Shown piece by piece: positions 56,970-64,000 of a stretch of DNA of 64,000 nt. The translations under genes were made by a program, and so were the position numbers. The notes beneath the pieces are model-generated. The model ran no database searches. It saw only the letters and a program-made list of their open reading frames with translations, and was not told the DNA's origin. The first letter of the stretch is position 1, and the number at the start of each line of letters is the position of its first letter. Origin of the DNA: Eledone cirrhosa (lineage: Eukaryota); assembly GCA_964016885.1 (NCBI GenBank), contig OZ024740.1:369458001-369522000 (forward strand), written 5' to 3'.

Positions 56970-57946
56970 TTGAATTATGTCAATTTTAACTATAATCACC
57001 CCAGATCTGTTAAAAATACTATAGTGAACACTGTTCAAGAACAAATTTCAAGAATTTCATGTAATAAATATATTTTTGATGAAAAAGCGAAGTATTACAA
57101 TGAAGCGTTAGCTCGAGCAGGATATAATGATAAAATTAAGTACATCGATAATAATAAGCAAGCTAACCAAAATAATAACAATTTTAATTACGGTAACAAC
57201 ATTAACAAATATAATAGAAAACATTAAAATAATTCCAAAAGCCGAAAAAGAAATAGAACTAGAAATATAATATGGTTTGCCCCCCCCCCCCCTTTTTCAC
57301 TAAATATTAAAACCCATATTGCTAAACTATTCTTTAATGCTCTTGACAAACGCTTCCCTAGAACACATAAATATCACTCAATTTTTAATAGACATACTAT
57401 AAAATTAACTTACTCGTCCACCAAATATTTTGCACAAAATATTAACAGAATTAATAATAGGAATTTAAAACCTAACCAAAATACCAATAATAACCCAAAC
57501 AATATTCAATTAAATAACTGTAACTGTAGAAATAAATCTAACTGTCCGTTAAATAACAATTGCTTAGTTAAAAATGTAGTATACAATTGTAATGTTAAAA
57601 CTAACTTAAATTCTTTCAACTATGTTGGTTCAACCTCGACAGAATTTAAACTTCGCTTCAATAATCATAAGAATTCTTTCACAGTTCCAAACAAAAAATC
57701 CTCAACTTCGCTATCAAGCCTAATCTGGCAACTTAACGAGATAATGTTGAGTATTCGATGTTTTGGAATATTGTCTCAAAGGGAATTCCCTTTAATTCCT
57801 CATCAGAGACGTGTGATCTCTGTGTGGAGGAGGTATTCTTTATATTAAAGTCCAAAAATTCCCTTAATTTAAGGAGCAATTCATTCAGTTGCTGCAGACA
57901 TAGATTGAACTCAGCGTTTAGATATAAATATAAATTTAAAATGTAG
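56970..57946 (+). pseudogene. PLE ORF C-terminal half: RT thumb, Cys-rich linker and GIY-YIG endonuclease (frameshifted)
   Basis: YVNFNYNHP, YNEALARAGY, RNIIWFAPP, IFNRHTIKLTYS, CNCRNKSNCPLNNNCLVKNVVY..YVGST..FKLRFNNH, CDLCVEE..LNLR..CCRH. Confidence 0.88.
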
Positions 57947-59581
57947 TATAATTAATTAAGAAAATTAGTTAATATATGAAACCTGACGATAAATCATTTG
58001 ATTCCTTCACCTTTTTCTTTTTAAACCTTCTTCCTAAATATAAACAAAGATGTAATAAACCTTCTAAAGTGTATATGCTCCCAATGTATTAAATACATTT
58101 TACGCAAGATAAATTTCTATACTAAATATAAGGGCATCCGTAGAATCACTGGGTCTTCTAAATCTTTTAAATAATCTTTTGTTAAATAATTTTTGGTTTT
58201 TATTTGTTATTTGACTCTGATAGCTTATAACTAACTTTGCAATATATTGTTTGAAATATGGGAAGGGTACATTTCTGTAGTAAATATATGAAGCATATTG
58301 TTTTTGGCCTGAGATACTCTATAATGTGTTGAAAGTATTTTAATGTTTCGATGTTTCTGTGCTGATATATTGATATTTGATTATCTCTATACAAGGGCCA
58401 CATGTGTAGTAACATGCATATAGAATGTTTATAGAGTTTATTTTATGTGTTCATGTGTCTGTATATGTGCGTAGAGATGCTGGTAAACTCACACAGATTT
58501 TATATATACATATATATATATATAGGTATGGTTTTGTATATGTTACAGATATGCATAATATTAAATACATAAACAGTAATCATATATGTGAGAACATGAA
58601 TATTAATCGTATATTTATGTATATATACAGTGAAATTTTTATAACACAAGAAATCTTTTGTATGACACATGAAATTATGAGGTTGATCGGGTGAAGTCAT
58701 GTGTATGTCTATATTATTGACTAGAGTTAGACATAATTTTCTATTTTTTCTTTTTTCAGTAAGTACATATACGTGTATATATATATACATATATATTTCC
58801 GTATTTTTATAAATAGGGTAATCTTTTGAAGGTTTTATCTCAGATTTTGGTATATTGACCTCAGAGTTTTAAACTAAACATATGGTCATTATTGAACAAT
58901 GTTATTTTCTCATATTATATATTTATGTCTCATTCATGAATATCGATATTTGTATTCTTATTATCCATTTCATATGAATTGATAATTCAAATTGATATGA
59001 CGACGTAAAGATGTAACTATATCCTTCTCTCTCTATATGGCACTTTCTCCTCTTTCTTGAGTTTGTCTTTGTGTATGATGAATTATTATGTATCTATCGC
59101 TTTCGTTTGCCTCTCCTATTTCTCTCTTGTTTCTCTTTCACTTCCTCCTATATATTTATATTTTCTCTCTCTCTCCCTCTGTTTTTTATTTTTCTTTATC
59201 TCCAGTTTTTTCTTTCTCTCCGTCTTTTTTCTAACTGTGCTTAACACTATAACTAAATAATTATTATCCTTCTCTCTCTATACAGTACTCCCTCTCTCTT
59301 AAGTTTTTCTATATGTATGGTGAATTATTATTTATCTGTTGCTTTCGTTTGCCTCTCTTATTTCTTCCTTGTTCCTTTTCACCTCCTCCTTTCTTTCTCT
59401 CCCCTCTATTTCTCTGTTTTTTCTTTACCTCCGTTTCTTCTTTCTCTCCGTCTTTTTTCTAACTGTGCTTAACACTATAACTAAATAAGTATAAACAAAT
59501 CACTACCCAGACAGCTTCCTAATTTAATGGTCGCTTATAATATGGTACGTCAAAATTATTTATAAAACTGTTTATATATTG

Positions 59582-59647
59582 TATTTTATCTGACGAAGGC
59601 ATGCCATATTTTTAATATGGTATCCCTGAAATATGTATAATGAAATA
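59582..59647 (+). ncRNA. Minimal type I hammerhead ribozyme in pLTR (inverted copy 56552-56617, minus)
   Basis: TATTTTAT-CTGACGA-AGGCATGCCATATT/AATATGGTATCCCT-GAAA-TATGTA-TA-ATGAAATA. Confidence 0.8.
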
Positions 59648-59828
59648 AATATGGTTTTATAAATATAGTTTCCATTTGTTTAATATCGTATATATACTCC
59701 AAAAACTTGTCGAGTGCTTTATATCAGTTATAAAATATTTACTTGTTGTAACCCAACAATTTAAAATAAAACCTTTGCATATATTTTTGCTCCAATATTG
59801 TTGAGCGCTTTATATTATAACTGAAAAA

Positions 59829-60846
59829 ATGGAATTCTTTAAGATATCTTCTTCTCTAAAAGACATACCTCTACCTAGGAACAAAGTCTTTATTAAACAA
59901 TTAATAGAAAAATCAGACTCTTTTATAAGAAGAATCAGGTGGCGTGCCTTCCACTTTGATAAATCTAATCTAAATGAAAATGTTTCAGATTTGGATAAAA
60001 CTTTCAAATCCAAAAAAAATCCACCCCCAACAAACTATTAATGGATTTTGAAAACGATATAATTTCTATCATCCAAGGAATCAAATTCAAGAGAAACTTC
60101 AAACGCCAGGACTATCTAAGATGCATTAAGGATAATATTGAAGCATTGGAAAAAACAGAGAAGATCTTAGTGAAATCGGATAAAACCAATAACCTTTATG
60201 GAGTACAAAAGGACATGTATAACGGCCTTATATTGAAAGAACTAAGGAAAAAGTACAAGGTAGCAAGTAAGGACGAACTGGAAAAATGAATACAGGGGCA
60301 TCTTGTATACTGCATGAATTAGACATTGAGAGTAAAACACAACCCTTAATGCCTAGGAAACCCAAGATCAATATGAAAGATCACAAAAGAAATTTTGAAA
60401 ATGATTTGCCAGTCAGATTGATTGCACCATCAAAATCTGACCTGGGAAAACTTAGCAAAAACATTCTAGACGGGGTAATACAGCAAATTAAAAACTTACA
60501 TAATTTACCTTACTTAAAGTTATGGAAGGGGACTGGCGAGGTTATTGAGTGGTTTAAAGAAATTAAATATAACTATAATAATAAGTTTATTCAACTTGAT
60601 ATTGCTAACTACTATTCATCTATCACTCCCAATCTACTGAATAAGGCACTAAATTACGCATTTAAACATACAGACCTAACTAGCAATGAAATGCACATTA
60701 TATTATCGGCAAGGAAAACGCTGATAGCATTTAATAACCAACTATGGACTAGGGCAGATAGAGATAATAATTTTGACATAACTATGGGATCATCTGACTC
60801 AGCTCAGGTAACGGACCTTGTGGGCCTATTTATAATTAATTCCCTT
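59829..60846 (+). pseudogene. PLE ORF N-terminal half through RT motif B (frameshifted, truncated)
   Basis: SLKDIPLP..FIRRIRWRAFHF, KSDKTNNLY, MKDHKRNFEN..PVRLIAPSKSDLGKLSK, IQLDIANYYSSI, FDITMGSSDSAQVTDLVGL. Confidence 0.88.
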
Positions 60847-61010
60847 TAATTCCTCATCAGAGACATGTGATCTCTGCGTGGAGGAGGTATTCTTTATATT
60901 AAAGTCCAAAAATTCCCTTAGGCAAGCCATATTTTTAATATGGTATCCCTGAAATATGTATAATGAAATAAATATGGTTTTATAAATATAGCTTCCATTT
61001 GATTAATATC

Positions 61011-61160
<150 letters not shown>

Positions 61161-61308
61161 GTAAGAAACACAGTAAACCGTGTGTCTAAAATTACAAGGG
61201 TTGAAAAACCACATATGCTTGAAATATTTAACCAAGAAACAGACAGAATGACGAAATGAAAATAAAAATATATTATCAAATAATACAAACCGCCTCAATA
61301 ACCATTAT

Positions 61309-61390
61309 ATCTCTCGGACAGATTATCCCTAATCTGTTTCGCCCTGAGTGTGTTTGTAACAGATAATCCTGGGCTTCATCAGCGAGAGAT
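61309..61390 (-). ncRNA. Complete canonical type I hammerhead ribozyme (GUC cleavage site)
   Basis: Minus strand ATCTCTCG-CTGATGA-AGCCC(A)G..CAGGGC-GAAA-CAGATTA-GGGA-TAATCTG-TC-CGAGAGAT. Perfect 8-bp stem I, 7-bp stem III and all core nucleotides. Confidence 0.9.
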
Positions 61391-62708
61391 TGCGATTAAA
61401 TGCCACAAACACTATTTGCCAACGTTATATATATATATGGGGTGGAGGGAGAATGTTTGCGTGAGCACTAAACGGTTTCGTACGTGTAAACACGTCTAAT
61501 ATACTTTCAAATAAATTACCATTTGGCAATGTATAACTATGAAACTCTATAATATAAATACAACATCGCACATTGTGCATATTATAGGCACCAGAAATAT
61601 CTGTACAAGCAAATACCTTCTGTGCCACATACACAATAACTCGTTGCTCCACAAGACAGGCTGTTTTTCCAGAGCCTACTCTATGATTCTATACAATTAA
61701 ATCTTAATTGCTTGAGGTAAATGCAAGTCAGACCAATCAATTTGTCTAGCAATATCTACATTTAATCTCATTTTAGTGATATTTCGGGCTTTTGAATTAA
61801 AGAAATCATTCCACGAATGGAGATAATCTCTTTGGAACTTTTCAGTAGCTCAGATTTTCTTTGTGGGTGGTAAATTCCCGTATTTAGAATGGAATGTAAT
61901 CATAACAATCCTTAATCTGATTTTAGGAGAAGCTTACTTTGTGAATCGAGATGTCTTTCCTAAGACTAACAGATATATCACGACTAAAATGTGTTATCAT
62001 TGTGTACGAGAATAAATAATATTGTTTTCTTTTAAAAATAGAGTTTAGTTGGGTTGTGTATCATTCAGGTAACATTGATTGCATTCAATCGTAACAGGTC
62101 AATAATTGCGTAGATGTAACCATAAATATTGTAAAACTTTCTTCGTGCCAAGAGACCATGAGAGTGTATAGTCACAGATATTGCATCCTCACAAAACATT
62201 GATTCATTTTGCTGTACAAGTGACACTAAAAAAGCACTTATATATTAAATCTATTTCTCTTAAAATAATTATATACATTGAATAATGATGAAGCGTATCA
62301 CCAAAGTTGTGAAACGGAAAATTTTTATTTCTATACAAATACTACGTATCGCGTAAAGTAAATTATTCAAAATGTAGACCATAAAATGATATATTCTTTT
62401 GTGAAAATATATGAAAATTTCTCCAAAGTTTAATCTTGAATCAATTGTGTTGTGGAAACCACATCTATTTCAAACGAGATTACATAAGTGTTTATAATAG
62501 GTTTGAATAGATTAAGATTTCGTTGTCCATCGACATTTTCATGAAAATTGCATTATTAAAAACAACTTTCGAAAATGATGTGTATCATAGGGAACAAAAC
62601 TGGATGGTAAAATAGCGCACATCACGTTCTGTGATTAATACGACTATGGCATACATTGCAAGTGCTTTCAGCTTTCTCTATTATTGACGAATAATATGAA
62701 TACACGCA

Positions 62709-62828
<120 letters not shown>

Positions 62829-62894
62829 GTTCGGAATAACAGTAAATATATAAACAGAGAAACGCAGGAGTACATTTTACAAATATTATTAGAG

Positions 62895-63080
62895 ATTGGC
62901 AGTATCGGTAGAGAGTCGGACGCCATGCTTTGACGCAGAGAGTTACGGCCCCTGCCATTCTGTGTTCAAATCCCGCCGAGGTTAACTTTGCCTTTCATCC
63001 TAACGGTGTCGATAAAATAAAGTACCAGTAATGCACTGGGTAATAGCTGGTCTTGTGCCAAAACTAGAAACAATTATTAT
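62895..63080 (+). mobile_element. Full-length tRNA-derived SINE
   Basis: A box TGGCAGTATCGG (62898), B box GTTCAAATCC (62964), core GAGGTTAACTTTGCCTTTCATCC..GTCGATAAAATAAAGTACCAG, (ATT) tail. Confidence 0.88.
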
Positions 63081-63584
63081 ATTCACGCTTGGTAAAAGTG
63101 GGGACCGGGTTGCCACGTATCGGGCATAAGCTCTCCAGCAGGAGAGGTGGTAACTCCGAGAAGTAGTGAGAGGGCAGTTAGCGAGAAAAATAGAAATAAA
63201 AATGAATGGAAAATGGAATATGAAGTGGAAAATAAAAGTTATTAAAATGTGAGAGGGGTGCACGGAGCCAGGAGGGCATGGGTGTGGTTGTGCGTGAGGG
63301 GTGGATGGGGGTTTAGAGAGAGGGGGAAGGAAAATGGGGTCCGAGCGGAATATGGCGGAAGGTGTGTGTATGTGTGTGTAGATGTACGTGTGTGTGTGTG
63401 TGTATGCGTGGATTTAAGTGTGAGAGTCTTCGGGAGAGAGGGTGTAATTGATTGTGGGCTTTGAAAAACCATTGTGTGTGTTGGAGTGGAGTGTATATAC
63501 CATATAGAATGCCCTTATAAAGCTATTCTCCCGTTATTGAGCACATGGTTTTCCCTGTGAAGCTATCGAAACTTCACTTTAATA

Positions 63585-63649
<65 letters not shown>

Positions 63650-63895
63650 TATGAGTCTGTATAGGTGTGTGCTCAAACGGGTACGTATGCGGGCAAATGC
63701 ATACTTGTATGCATGGTGCCTTAACTGGTCATTCTGTATATGTGAGTACTTGACATGCTTGGTAGATAATAAATGTCGAAAGGCCAGCATACATAGATGT
63801 ATTTCATTCTATCAACTGAACCCACATTTACAAACATTCTGATTGCTGTACAGTGGTGTGATGTTTGGTATATATGTGTATGTAGTACGGTTATG

Positions 63896-63945
<50 letters not shown>

Positions 63946-64000
63946 TGATTGCGTAAGGATATGTGATATATAAGGTATATAAATCCCCGAGACTTTTGAT

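Noticed and set aside
57510-58000. Selenocysteine recoding or SECIS as reported for some Naiad PLEs
   Set aside because: The conserved Cys positions visible here (CNC, CP, CL, CDLC, CCRH; CNLC at 29.3 kb) are all TGT/TGC, and no convincing SECIS was seen.

Overview
AT-rich, microsatellite-dense eukaryotic (animal) genomic DNA. The dispersed tRNA-derived SINE resembles octopod SINEs, so a cephalopod or other mollusc is likely, but this is inference. No intact host protein-coding gene is supportable. 1-21.9 kb is a head-to-tail array of R4/Dong-clade non-LTR retrotransposons (RT, CCHC finger, restriction-like endonuclease, (TAA)n tail). Every copy is disrupted. Three copies carry an unusual ~1.1-1.4 kb leader that looks like a GT-AG intron followed by a short, frame-conserved, repeat-variable terminal exon; a fourth retains only the acceptor and exon. 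The rest of the window holds several Penelope-like (Naiad-type) elements and inverted pseudo-LTR pairs inserted in (TA)n, with about ten recognisable hammerhead ribozyme motifs (one textbook-complete). It also holds RTE, Jockey/CR1-like and mariner relics, SINE copies and simple repeats. Most short ORFs in the track are antisense shadows or microsatellite translations.
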